DNA from: Haliotis rubra
Lineage: Eukaryota
Assembly (NCBI RefSeq): GCF_003918875.1
Contig: NW_025765647.1
Location: 1,674,001 to 1,738,000, forward strand
Reading direction: 5' to 3'
DNA: 64,000 nucleotides
Numbering within the stretch: position 1 is the first letter of the stretch; each line of letters opens with the position of its first letter. A program made the translations under genes and the position numbers. The notes below the pieces were generated by a model. That model searched no databases. It had not been told where the DNA came from and worked only from the letters and a program-made list of their open reading frames with translations. Of the stretch, positions 50,639-64,000 are shown piece by piece.

Positions 50639-50920
50639 CTTGTCCGACGTCTGACGTCTTTGGCTAGAAGGAGAGTGCGTGCCTGTATTGATGCAAGGGG
50701 TGGACATACAGGATACTAAAGTGATGGCAGTGAACATATATTGTGTGTAACTTAGTAGTTTCATTCTTTTATTATAGGACATTTAAATAGTGCATATATC
50801 CACGCAACTAAGTACATACGCAAGGCGCTAGAGCGTTCCCCTTCATCAACGGATGTCTATTTTCTGGCATTCTTTAACCAACTCAACTCCTGGGAGTATT
50901 TAACTGTTAGGCGCAGCGAG
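50639..50920 (+). mobile_element. Tc1 element, right part
   Basis: LVRRLTSLARRRVRACIDARGGHTGY* continues the frame broken at 46085. Confidence 0.82.
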
Positions 50921-50924
50921 TTAT

Positions 50925-51275
50925 CACACAGCCTCATCCTCACAAGGTACCCATTTGCAGCTGGGTGTACTGGGACACACAGTCATAGTGTTTTGTCCAA
51001 TAATACTGCACGTTACTGTAACCGCAGCTAGGTATCTGCACGTGTCGTACCCGTGTATTCCACCATCTGGTCACCTATCATCGGATGAGTGGGTTCTTTT
51101 AAATGCACAGGGTTATGTACTGCACACTAGGGGTTGTGGCAACAGTGAAAGAGCCTGCAAGTAATGTGCTCCAGCTCCAAGGTTTTACACCCGGTCACAA
51201 GTGGAGATCGATCCATGCACCTTTCGCTACAAGCGCGACGCCTTAGACACCCGCTCTCGCTCACCTTGCCACCAT
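50925..51275 (-). mobile_element. tRNA-derived SINE family D
   Basis: tRNA-like head on the minus strand at ~51200-51265, and a cacccagctgcaaatgggtacc core motif. Confidence 0.6.
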
Positions 51276-51296
51276 CTTGTAACAATCCTTTTTCTA

Positions 51297-52293
51297 AAAT
51301 CACGTGCTAAGAAGGCTCTTATTAATGTTATGTCAGTTTCCCAGAATTTGGAATCTTAGCTTGAAAATATATTTTAAATTGTTTGATGCACAAATCCAAC
51401 CGATTATGCTTTATGGGTCTGAAATTTTTGGGATTTCAACGTCGCTTGAAAGTCTAGCGAAACTACACCTTTTAGCATGTAAAAGATTTTTAATGTGTAA
51501 GCGCAAGCACCAACTTGTATGGTTTATGGAGAATGCGGTTGATATCCGATATATATAAATTCACAAATCAGATGTTTAAAATATTGGTTAAAGATCCTTG
51601 GAATGCACGAACAAAGAATCCCCATACTAGCTTATAACATGCTTGTAAATTTAGATGATAGGGGTAGAAAGACAACATGGGGCGTCTCATATTAGAACTC
51701 TTTTATTTTCTCATGGCTTTGGATTTGTGTGGCTAAATCAAAACGGTTGGTAATATTAATCAATTTCTTAAGCAATTTCGAGAACAATCTGTTAGCATGT
51801 ATTATCAAGAATGGCATTCCTGTCTAGACAATAGTTCAAGATACCAGTTGTATAGATCACATAAGAGCTTAATTCAACCAGATAGATAGACGATAGTATC
51901 AGAACTATATCTATCTGTATTGACATCTAGAAATATTACTTGTATATGGGCCGGAGGCCTTAAGTACAATAAATATCTTTGACTTGACTTGACCTTGTCC
52001 GACGTCTGACGTCTTTGGCTAGAAGGAGAGTGCGTGCCTGTATTGATGCAAGGGGTGGACATACAGGATACTAAAAGTGATGGCAGTGAACATATATTGT
52101 ATTGTAACTTAGTAGTTTCATTCTTTTTATTATAGGACATTTAAATAGTGCATATATCCACGCAGCTAGTCCATGTACATAAGCAAGGCGCTAGAGCGTT
52201 CCCCTTCATCAACGGATGTCTATTTTCTGGCATTCTTTTAACCAACTCAACTCCCTGGGAGTATTTAACTGTTAGGCGCAGCGAGTTATCACA
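51297..52293 (+). repeat. Direct duplicate of 49573-50927 lacking ~50210-50577
   Basis: Near-identical sequence with small indels. Confidence 0.9.
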
Positions 52294-52294
52294 C

Positions 52295-55200
52295 TTTCGG
52301 GGTTGGAACCAAATTCGGAAGGCTGACATAACATTAATAGGCAACTTCTTAGCACGTAATTTTAGAAAAGTTGACCAGATATTGACGACTTGGCAATGAC
52401 GTCGCGCTTTAACGAAAGCGCATGTCGATACTCCGCGACCGAATATTGGGCGCGTGCCGAATTTCTTCTGACGCCACAACGGTACGCCAACTTGTGCGTT
52501 AAGAACCACTCATCAGGCGAACCGAATGATAGTTACTGCTGGTACCGATAACGAATCTTCAACTGCGGTGCAGCCAACGTCTGACAGCGCAACAATGATA
52601 CGGCTTTAATGTTACCCTTCGGCGAAGATGAAGACTTTATTATTGACTTCGCTTTATCAACTGAACAAATACTCCCCGAAGTGGACGGATGAAAAAAATA
52701 ACCGAAAGAACGTCATGAAGAACGCTCTGGCGAATACTCACCAGCAAGCTCATAATCAAAGGAATGAAACTACTAATTTTGCGACCTGTTCGCTGCCGTC
52801 GCTGGCGTAATCACGCCTCTCAGCGATCGAAGTCAAAGATAAAGCGCCTCCGGCTATATACAAGTAATGCGGCTATGGCATATCATACGGTGGCTAAAGA
52901 GCACGGTTAGGTGAATCGCCTTCACAGAAGGAAAACGGCATGTTTAACTGAACCCGTATTGACACAATTTTGGAGAATAGAATAGCTGCTTTGAATGGTG
53001 TATTTTGAGTTTCTTAAATCGGCATAATGAGCATACAAAGCGAAGTGTCTTCTGGCCATCGTAAACGTCTCTCTGCTGTCTGTTCCCGCGGCAAGTCTAA
53101 CCAAGCAGTGAAGCGTGCATCTGTCAACGAATGAATGTAATTTCTGATAACATCACCATCTATCTGGTTGGTGTATGTGATCTGCTTTAACTGACATCTT
53201 GAACTTGTTATTAAGACGAATGCCATTAACAACAATACGTAACTGTATGAGCAAACGATTATCAATACCAGCTTTGTTTGATTTAGCCACACCAATCAAG
53301 CCGGCGAAAAATAAAGTTCATGAACGCCCTTCCTTCTTACCTAAGCTAACCGTAATTTGAACTGTTGCATTCAAGTCTTTAACAATGTTGCAAATGTCAC
53401 GATTTAATGAGCTATATATCGGATGTCAACCCGTCCATAAACCGCTTTGGTGATTGCTTGCGCTTACATTAAAATCTTTTGCGAGTGGCAGTTTCGCTGA
53501 ACTTCATGACGTTGAAAGGTATCCCAGGCTCGAACCCATAGCGGTTGTGCATCAAGCAATTTAAATACTTTCGAGATTCAAATTCTGAGGCTTTATTTGC
53601 TGGCATTAATGAAGCCTTCTTAGCGCGACCGGAGTCTGTAACTTCTTTTTAAAGTTCATGATGAAAACAACAGTCTTTTGTTAACAATGGTATTTTTGCG
53701 CTCGAAGCGACAATTCTAAAGACACCAACTTCTGTTTGTGCAGGTAACAGATATTTCCGTTCGTTACATAACGTTCCCAAAACTATTCGGTGATTTTATG
53801 AACGTGGTATCTGACATGCGTCATCGTAGAGGATACGGAAATTTCGGTCGCCTTCTCGAGCACGTTGCACACCGTGTTACCTGAATTGAAAGCCTGTCGT
53901 CATGCGGTTTAAACGCGAGCAATACCGGGGCTTAAAATCGCCTTTGCCGAACAAGAGACATTCGAGAAATCGACTGACATCTGTACGCTCGATTTATTCG
54001 AGAGTCGCATGGGTACAAAGGTAAGGGCTGCATTTTCGCTTGTGGCTTCGACGGTAACGCCAATTACGGCGATCCACCGGAGTCAAAGCTTTCTTAAAGT
54101 CGGCAAATGTACATAAAATTTGTGTTTGACCGCGATAAACGCATTGCATATAGTCTTCGAAGACATGATCGTGGACGAATAATACTGCAAAAAGCTTGCA
54201 TGTTCATTCAAAGGAATAGCTGTGGGTGACGGTGAATTCGCGACCACGTTTTAAAACGGTTGTATTTTCCCGAAAGCGCTCGTCGCTCAGCAATGTCTTG
54301 GTGTCTTCGAGCCCCATATGAGGACCAACTCGGAAACCCGCTTTCAAATGCGGTATTAAAGGCTGTTTATGAAGGCGACCAACTTTCAATTGAAGACATT
54401 TGTCATTTCGACTGTTGATAAAGGGACCGGCACCGCTCTTCGAGACCCATTTATGCTCTCGTCTACTTAATTTGTTTCAAATGTTTGATCGGCTGTCATT
54501 CGAAGAGATCGTCGTCGAAGGAACAAATAAAGCATAACGTCGTCAAACTTTGTCGAGATATTGATATCGATGCATTTTGATTGCTGGAGATTTGATGTCT
54601 TTCTGTTGTGGTTTCAAGTCATTCAGTCGTTAAATCTTTGGGTGAACGGATAGATTTTCTGCAATGAGCTTTATTTGTTCTTTCGTTTTACACAAAGGCA
54701 ATTCTGTTGTCTACGCCGAAAACTTTCAAATTAACTTTGCGCATCTCATAGCGCGGTTTTCTCAGGTAGCAAGGGTGTTTTATAGTTTCAGCAAACAGCC
54801 AGTCTTTTCTTTCTGCAATGGACAAACTCATCTGAAGCTTTCCGTTTTGAATCGAACTCAGTTTAGATGAAGCGATCGTTATGAAGTCTTACTTTTCAGG
54901 CCAAATCTCAAAATGTTCGCGGCGGTGATCGTTGATCTATTCTTTATGATAAACGATTTGCTCGCTGTCGTTGATTTCATCGATACGAAATTGACGAGTC
55001 GATGTTAGTGATCAAGGTCTGTCTCCAGTATTCAACGAGTTGAACGGAAGAGTATCTGATGAACTCAACTCAAAAGCATGACGCTTATGGTATGTTGCTT
55101 TAACGTCTTTCAATATACTGCCGTTCATTGCTGGTTGAAGGTAACGACGGTTGTTTAACGAGACTTATGACTTACCGCTTATGATGAAATTTACGGTAAT

Positions 55201-58200
55201 CGATAAAACGGTATCGTAATCTTTTCAATCGAACCGATATTCGAAGCGCAAAACGACTGATCACTTTATTTCAATCGGTAGGCGAATGACCAACCGGTGT
55301 CGGCTCGAATAAAGTCTGCGCCTTATTATATTCGAATGCGGTCAATATCGGTTATCGCGTTTATTAACGACGTCTGCTTTGACAATCGTAATGAGGACGA
55401 GGAACTGGTCATTGCGTTCGCGTTCACCATACAAGTTCTGCGTTCTTTAACCAAACTGGCCGATTTTGAATCGACGAGTTGACGATATGTTGACGTTGTC
55501 ACTGAATATATCCATTTTCGCTTCATTTCGGCTAACTTCTTTACGATAATCTGTTTGTTGCTGCTTATTGGTATCGGGCGTGGTAATCGACGCACCGCTT
55601 GAACGTGAACTTCAATAACGTCGATTGACCCTTGCGCGTTTATTATTGAATTTCATGCGTATGATTAAAACCATTTTCCTTCTGTGACGTTGATGCTCGA
55701 CGACTGAAACATTCCGCATCTCTGCTTTCGGCGTCTATCGTGTCGAAGCATTCATCCATTTGCTGGCGTCGAATCGAAGATACGCTCGATAACCGCTTTC
55801 ATGTTTGGGCGACGATATCGCGACGCTGACTTCTTCGCGATCGTCGTTCGATTGATGTCGTCTCGGTTTCGAAAGGCGATGATCAATGATGATGTCTGAT
55901 TTTGACGTCATGTTCGGCTTTGATGCTGATCTCTCGCTATTTCGAAAGCAGAGGCGAAGATTGATTTCAATATAGGCGCGATAGTATATTTCTGTACGAA
56001 CGTCTAACACTTACGTGCAAAATGGCGCAGCCAAAACTTGATGCGCGGTCGAACGACGAGCGATAAACATGATGTTACCGAAATTTCATTCGACAAATCA
56101 GATTCGGAATAATCTATCGAAGATATGATGGTAAGATACGGCGCGAATATTGAAATCGGCCGGTGAACATCTGTCGCAATGGTGATACTTTCACTCTTTG
56201 TTTTGCTGGCGTCGCTTTGTCGTGGATTGAGATAACTGCCGATTATTCTGGCTTCATTAAACATCAATCGGCATTTAGATGCTTTCAAATGTGAGCTTTA
56301 TACCGTATCACTTCGCCGTCAACGACTCATTCGGTAATCCATCATTTTAACAAACAATTTCCTCGACGGCATGTTGTCGCGAGACGTCGTGACCATGCGA
56401 CCATTAGACGCGAAGACGTATATTGCTGTCCATGTTGAGGTTGGGGCATTTCGCTGCGATGCGGGCATTCACGTAATAACTCGATCGAGGACGTATTGGG
56501 ATGCGCTGGGCCAGGCGTGCGGATGCTTCTTGATATCGAACGTGCTGGCCGCTATTGAACATTCGTTGTTCACGCCAGCTGGTATCGAATCAGGGTTCTG
56601 ATCGCGAAAGTGTGGAAACTCTGATATAGCGTATCTGTCAGCTTCGACGCTGATGTTGACAAATCAGGAAACGGTTTCTCGATAATCTCAAATGCCGATC
56701 TTCAACGATGTTACCCGCGATTCCGCTAACGGTCGTCAACTGCTGTAACATTGCAGCGATCAGTGACGGCAACGCAGGCCAAGCCGAAGATTCTTGCAAC
56801 GATTGGCGTCTTCTCTTGGCGCTGGCAATCAATGATATCTGTGTTGATCTAACTTTCGAAACTGCATGTAACTTTGTCCGCAAACTCTTTTATGCCCACT
56901 TTAATGCGTATTGAGAACTGACGGAAAGACTAAAATCATGGTTTATCAATTGATACTTCGACGTTTTATTAACGACGTGCTGCGAGCTATCAGTAACGCT
57001 GAGTGTATGTTACTTACCAAATATTCTTTTAAGTTTGGTATACTAACGCGGTCATTTACTGGCATTACATTGCGTTTCATTCCACATTCCACTCTTTAAA
57101 TCTTAAATCGGCGAATTTTGATAAAGGCTATTAACAGGTTAACAATGTGGAAATTTCAATTTCGATGTTTCAATGTTTCAACTTTCATTTCAACACCAAA
57201 GATGTATCTTATTGGTTGACGAACTGGACATGAATGATGGTGTCGGCTTCTGAAACAACGCCGTGTCATTAGACGTAACGTTAACTTTGTTGTGCCAAAT
57301 ATTATAGAATGGGTGAATTTCGATTTGCGCTATCTGTAATGCGTACTCATGATTGTCATCACGGGTGCCTTGGGCGTTTCTGCGCAATTTCTGGGGCTTG
57401 TAATATGGCGGTTTGCCGGTGACTGCCGGTTCGAACAATGGCTGTGCGATCGAAAACCGTACGATGAAACTTCGTAACGCTTTCGATCTTTCGGTTGTTT
57501 GCGTTTTAATTGTTCTTTCCTGTTTCATGGTATGAGTATTACTTTTATTTTGTCATGATTAAAAGTTTTATTAAGGTAATCAATCTTGGTGTTGTGTTTG
57601 ATATTGCTTTCGATGGTTTTTGTTAAAAATAATTCTTTAATATATTGATATGCATATCCGTGGCAATGCTCGCATCGCGATATATCTTTGGCTCTGCAGC
57701 TCACCACGCCTAACAATGCAACTCTTATAAACGGCAACAACTGTGGACATTCGATCATTTATGGCTTTCATGCGGTTTGTGTTCTTCGACATCAACAACA
57801 GTTTATCAAATCACGAGGTAATATGTTTATTATTAAGCTTTCTTGCTGCTGGAATGAACGGTAATGATCGGGACCCGCTGAATTCTCGGACAAAGTGTGT
57901 CATGACAAATGTCGAAACTCTTCCCGTCTCTTCGTAAAGGTTCGTATTGCCAAACCGAAGATGATAAACGGCGTGACTCCTTTGTGCATCCATAAGTATT
58001 CGGTTGAACATAGTTTCGCCATGAAGGCCGGTAACATGAATATCGTTGATATTTATGACACTATGTATCTCGATTAACAAAGCGACGTTGCCTGTAATCG
58101 TGGATATACCTACAGCCTCTCGGGAAATAGTCACTTTATTAAACGGTTATGCTTTGGTATTGTTTGAAAATCGAGGATCTCGCCCTTTGGTCCTCGAAAC

Positions 58201-61200
58201 TCGCTCGGCTATTTAATATAACCCAGTTCAACTCATGAGAGGTACGTGGACTGTTTATGTTATAACTGGAGCGCGTCAAAATCTGAAATGGTCATCACCT
58301 CAGCGAAATCTAACCCTGATCCCCGGATGCTGCAGTGTAATTAATCTACTACCGTGTTGAGCAACGAAATGCTGCGGTCACCCTGAAGACTATTACGTAA
58401 CTGGAAGAACCGTGCGGAAAAGCGGACAATTTAATTACGGTTCTATCGGAGGCCTAACATAACTTATTGACTCTCTTGTTTATTACATTTCATATCTATC
58501 GATATGTTTAGTGATGATCTGAAATACTTTACTGTTGTTTCACAGCTTTATCGGCTGGTTATTTCGCACAGTACAGAAGCTCGGCGCCAATGAATCAGTA
58601 AACTTTACATAGATTTCGCCCGGTTCAGAATGTTCAAGAAAATTAAACCAAACTGAAATGAATGCCAACTTCAACTAAAAGCGTAATAGAAAGATTAAAG
58701 GTAATGAGAATGATGGTTATATGTGAAATATTACCCAATATTGACGTTAGATTTGGCTTTGGGTCGGTTTTCGTGCAGTAATGTTGTGGTGCGAGCCGTT
58801 TGTCGTGTTGCCATGGAAATGTTTCGTGCCAGTAAAGGCACGTCGACGTCTTGAATTTTATCATTGTCGTGCGGGGAAGTGCAGGTTTGATGGTACGTAT
58901 GCTGTGGGCTGCGGATTTTGTCGACCGCTGGGACGGCTTCTGTTCGCATTGCAGAAGTTTCTTTACGTTTGTTCGTAGTAGCACCCGATGAAGTCATTGC
59001 TTGACTTGTGGCTTATGCAGGCTTGGCGGGTTATCTGGGTGATAATGATCAGATACTTACGGCGACTGATAACAACTAATCGAATGGATTCTTAGGCGCT
59101 ATAATTGTTATTATTATATTTTACATATTAAATGAAAATGCAGCAAAATTCGAGTGATCTGGCACCGAAGGCTGGCAATTCATCGTGAGACCATCCTGAA
59201 ACTTGAACGGCAGATGAGACTGAAGGCGCTATATCGAACGCAAACGATATGAACTCCCCTTGAAGTGCTGAAGAACCGGTATTCCGCCGAACGTTGCTGT
59301 CAAAAGGACGAAAGTATCAATGACCAAATAATGATTCATTGACTTTATCGAAGTTTGAATCGGGGCTAACTGGAAATTAACGGGCCTATTCCACCAGAAG
59401 TTGGCATCGTCACTTCCATATGAATTCCTTCGTTAATAGATGGACAGAGTCAAGCCACGGGCGTGGCCAGGAGGAACGACCAACCGGCAAATGCCATCAT
59501 TGTTTAAGGCTATGCTGTTTATGCCGAAGGCTGGGTATTGGGACGATGTCTGTATTCATTGCTGGAATCGCATTTCGCTGGATATTTTGTTTAGAATCAT
59601 TTTGATGCGGTGAAAGTGACTGCTTTCTGAGCGGCAAGAACGTATTTCATCCAGGCGAAAAGTATCGATTGAATATGTTCGTGCGCATACGTGTACGATG
59701 CAATAACTTTTCTCGAAAGCTTCTTCTGCCGACTTCTGGTGAACTGATGACGACTTCGCGGATCGCTGTACTCCGGTAAGGACGTATCAGCTGATCAATC
59801 TCCAATTTCGTTCGCTGGCTGCTGACGCTTAAAATATTATTCTTTAACTTTCATCGAATAACGACATTGCATCGCCAGGGAGACATCCGATAAAATCATA
59901 TGATAGCAGCGCAATACAATGCAACGAGCCTCCTTACGTAATCAAACTGATAACGGCATCGCGCAATTGAAGAAGGGGTATTAGTGACCAGGCGTGATCA
60001 CCTACTGGTCGGAAATCAGATTTCTGAATCATTTCTTGTTTGGTCGATCAGCCTCCAAAGGAGGTCAGGAAAGGACCGGCTTTCTGGCGCAGATGAACCC
60101 GATTGACTTTGACGCTTGTTTCGGCATTTAACCGAGTTCAGACGGATTTGTACTCGGCTTATTTCTCTTGGTCTGGCATTCTGGAGCTCGGACTTACGTT
60201 CAAACTGAGTAATAAATGGCTCGCCATCCCCATGTTACTGTCGATCATCGTGGCGCGTTCATATTTGTTGATTAAATACCAATGTCGATGAAAGAACCAC
60301 GGAACAACAACTTTCAATTGATGCTCGCTTTACGGCGAGAACTTCGATCCGCCGAAAGAATATGGTAGTGTTGAAGTTCTGTGCTGGCGGGATGTTAACC
60401 TCTAACGATGACGGAAACTCGAACTGAACGAAGACGAAGGGACTGAGGAAGTTTACAATCCCCTTTCCCCTATTTCCAAATCGTTTTTACGGCTGCAAGG
60501 GTGTGATCGCCGCCCAATCCTTTTCGCCCTTTGCTATAAATTGAAGGGAAGAGCGATAGATGACTGCGGTCAGGTATGCTTTTATTGAAGATGACGGACG
60601 CTTTAAAGTCCCGTGGAAGAATTGAGCGGTGAAATGATGATGTTTGGTTACCAATGACGATGCCGATAGAAGTGCTGCATCAGGCGGACTTTTTGATAAC
60701 GCCACGGATAAACGTTACGAACGCAACTTCAAACTTCTGGCGGAAGGCCGTTATCTCTGCCATCTCGCCCCTGTCGGCGTTTTTCGACGTTATTTCGAAG
60801 TTTACGATTGAAATTTATTTTCTTTCCAATTTTCTTCTTCTGTTGAAACTTATTTTTGCCAAAGAATCGTTTCGGTTTGGAAGATATTTTCTTCGTCGTC
60901 TTATCTTCAATCGATTGACCGCTTTTATCGTTTAGTAATGTTGATTCCATGATATCTTTTATTGACCATTGACCGATTGCTTTACATATCGATGATATCA
61001 CGAACTTCTGGTGACTGTTAAACGCCAATTTGTTTGAATGCGTATATATCGCACCAGACAATCTGCCGAACGAACATACTGACATAGTCGGTTTAATCAA
61101 TAAACCATGGCGATTACATTTGAAGCTTTCTGCTGATCGGTTATATCGGAAGATGAAACCAGTTAGCGATATTGTTTTCGGCTTTCATCGCTGTTTGTCT

Positions 61201-64000
61201 TTTCTGCGATGAAGAAATAAACAATCGGTTTTAACTTTGCCGGTGATATAATATTGAATGCTTTTGAACCGACTTGTTCTAGTTTGATATTGGTCGATTA
61301 AAGTGTGATGCGTGACCGACAATGATGCCAATGTTTTCAAATGTAACAGACCTAAACTACTGATAATGAATATTGGTAACTGTGAAAAGGACCAGTGGCA
61401 AATGAAGACGTGGATGCGACAAACGAATGATGAAGTCGTAGATGAATGACGGTAAAGGAAATATAAATTAGCATGACTTTCCGTATATCGCCGGTGATAA
61501 CACCGATTGTTCGCCAAGCTGCATTCATGGCACTGTTATTAACGAGTTGACCTTTAAAATGATTAAATTCAACCAGCAGTTATTTTGAAGCGAAAGTGCA
61601 AGCATGACGGGCCGAAAATGTCGAATTTGTCGACTTCGCCACTGCTCAGTGCATTCTTTCGGCTTAAAGCACGCAGTAATGCGCGTGGCAATATTTTGAC
61701 CTGTAATGTAACGCCATACTTTCACATCTGTACCTGTCTATCTCTTCTCTGTAATTTGTCTATCTTCTATCTGTCTGGCCTCATCTGTCTATCTGTCTAG
61801 CTCTGCTGCTGTATATGTATATATGTATATGAAGATAAAGTGAGAACATGTCCGTATCTTATTTCGAAACTTCTTCTTATGTATGTATGTATGTATGTAT
61901 GCGCTTAAAATCATCGAAGCTGTACGAATCTTCGGTCATAGATATATTGCTTGAATAAAATGCCAAAGGCAGGGTGCGGCGCCGGCGTGTTTTATGCGAA
62001 GAACGAGCTGTTGAGAAAAGGCATTCTGTTTACCCCATCTGTGTATATGTATATATATGCATTTATATATTGGGGCATATACGCTGCTACTACGACCATT
62101 GATGCCAATGAACTTGACCCATCCGCTTACGACTTTTGCCTGAAAACTTCGAACGCTGCGCACCGGTATGGGATGTGGCTGTGCTCCGTACATCGAAAAC
62201 TTCGCCGGGCAATCCCAGAGATTGGTCGCCAGAGATATTCGAAGCTGATGTTGTAACTTCGCAGGGCTAAGCAATGCTGACTTCGTTCGCCGGAAATCCC
62301 CAATGCGGCGTTCGAGCACTGGCCAATGTTGGCAATCTTAAATACGTATGTTTAAAATAGAGGTATATGTTAGCTTTCACAGAGCAATGGTAGTATTATT
62401 GAGAAATGCATTGACTGACACGGGGCATTGATGGTGTGATAGTGCCTTTAGAAATTGCGAAAGTTAAAACACTTGCACCCTCATCATCGTGCCGGGCTGG
62501 AAATTCGACGCGTTTATAATTTGGCAGATGAAGGCCACGGTCTGGCCTGCCGCGCCTTCATTGCTCGTCATTTATCGCCAATTACGCGATGAAGTATTTT
62601 CTCCGAAAGCAATCCGTAATGTTCGGTATTGTCGGGAGATGAAAATTTGTGCGCTTTGACAACTGATTTCTAAAACTGATAAACTATTTTGTGAAACAGT
62701 TATGGCGAACACGATCGCAAAACTTATTGATGGTGGTCGAGACTTGCTCTTAACGGCATGTTCCGGCAATAACTCGGTATCGAAATGAGCTTCTTTGTGC
62801 CGTATTGAGGAATCGGAAAAACGAATTTCGGCGTGACGACGACGCTTCTGGGCTACCGCTTTAATTAATGCCCTGGCCTGACGCCATGGTTGACGCTGAC
62901 ACCTCGATAACCCGAAGCAACCGCTGGTGAAATCCTTCGAATACGCATACTGCTTTGACTTTGTTACCATCGTCACTTTGCCGAACACTATTCGATGCGG
63001 CTAAATCTGGCGAATTAACCACAATGATATTTCTTCGGCCGGACAAATGTTTGCTTTCAAAGTGTCTGAAGAATCGGAAGTTATCTCTGAAGCAGGCACC
63101 TTTAGTACCGCAACACGAACTACCGTCGACCATTGCCATTGAATTTGCATATTTACGAACAAATGAGTTGGTATTTTTGGACGTCATCGTGCCAGAAACG
63201 TTCGAGGTTGTTATTGGTTCATGTTTGTAACGAATAAGGCGGCTTTCGGCAACTGGACCGACCGGCGATAACGTTTGAACCGATGCGTAATCATTTCGGG
63301 GCTGCTAACTCGTTCTAAAATACCACGCATGTAATTCGCGCATTATTCATTGATAAGTGTTTTCCCCTTTGGAAGGTAATATTTCACCGGTACCGATGAT
63401 CAAATAACGCTTTGTGATGCTAATGTTCAACACTATTCTCCGCAATATGGATAGCTTTTGCTTTGCTTAACAACAATTTATCTTCTGAACGACCGGCGTC
63501 GTGACATATACATGTCGTGCTGATCATGATTTCGATACTATTAAATTATTGATTTAACTGGACTAAACTTACGAACTGGCTGAAGATAGTTAACCAACTT
63601 ATGAAAGAGTTATTCAATATTCAGTGTATGATGAGCGTTGCATGCAACCGGTCGGGATCGGTTGGAGAATTGATCTTCAACGGCTACGTGCTTTGTCGTG
63701 AACGTAACGAGGATCGAGTCGGCGCTGTTTGGTGCGACGCTATTAAATCGGTTCCCCAGTGCGCGGATCGTCTTTCATGCTGATCGCTGAATTGATACTG
63801 GTCAATTTCGATTATTTGAACCGGCTTGCACTGTATAACTGGAATGTTGGCAGTTGTGACGTGAGCTCGGCTCGCTTTCACTCCCTGCGTATCTGTCGTG
63901 AGTTTCGATCTGCAATCATAGGAAGATGGTTTACGCCATGACTGTTCAACGGCTCGCGACGGACGACACCAGCTTCGTAACCGAATTCTTCAACGTGGCG
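52295..64000 (-). other. Noisy inverted copy of ~34430-51365 (probable long-read fold-back artefact)
   Basis: Colinear reverse-complement anchors: 52330~51330, 52850~50600, 55900~46685, 56260~46240, 61660~37100, 62341~36500, 63670~34820. Confidence 0.9.

Noticed and set aside
52295-64000. CpG-rich, bacteria- or virus-like region with many short ORFs (HGT or contamination?)
   Set aside because: It is a noisy reverse complement of upstream sequence, and none of its ORFs has a recognisable domain.

Overview
This is repeat-rich animal genomic DNA. The SINE and transposon content suggests a mollusc, possibly an abalone-like gastropod (inference). The only host gene is a complete 8-exon DEG/ENaC (ASIC-like) channel on the minus strand (33277->13379, 496 aa). 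I assembled it by hand with GT-AG junctions and consistent phases. Its introns hold three related minisatellites (25, 64 and 35 bp), a long-TIR element, a RecQ-helicase (Academ-like) relic, an R4/Dong LINE fragment and SINEs. The rest of 1-52.3 kb is Tc1/mariner, RTE, R4/Dong, Harbinger, Kolobok-type MITE and tRNA-SINE sequence. A full-length APE-type LINE (46086-50638) is nested inside a Tc1. Its intact ORF1 has a hydrophobic leader followed by a 2A/StopGo motif (DIETNPGP). It ends in a TAG followed by a candidate pseudoknot and an ORF2 with no ATG, so it may use two translational-recoding signals. Bases ~52295-64000 are a noisy, deletion-compressed reverse complement of ~34430-51365. This is almost certainly a long-read fold-back artefact, and its ORFs should be ignored.
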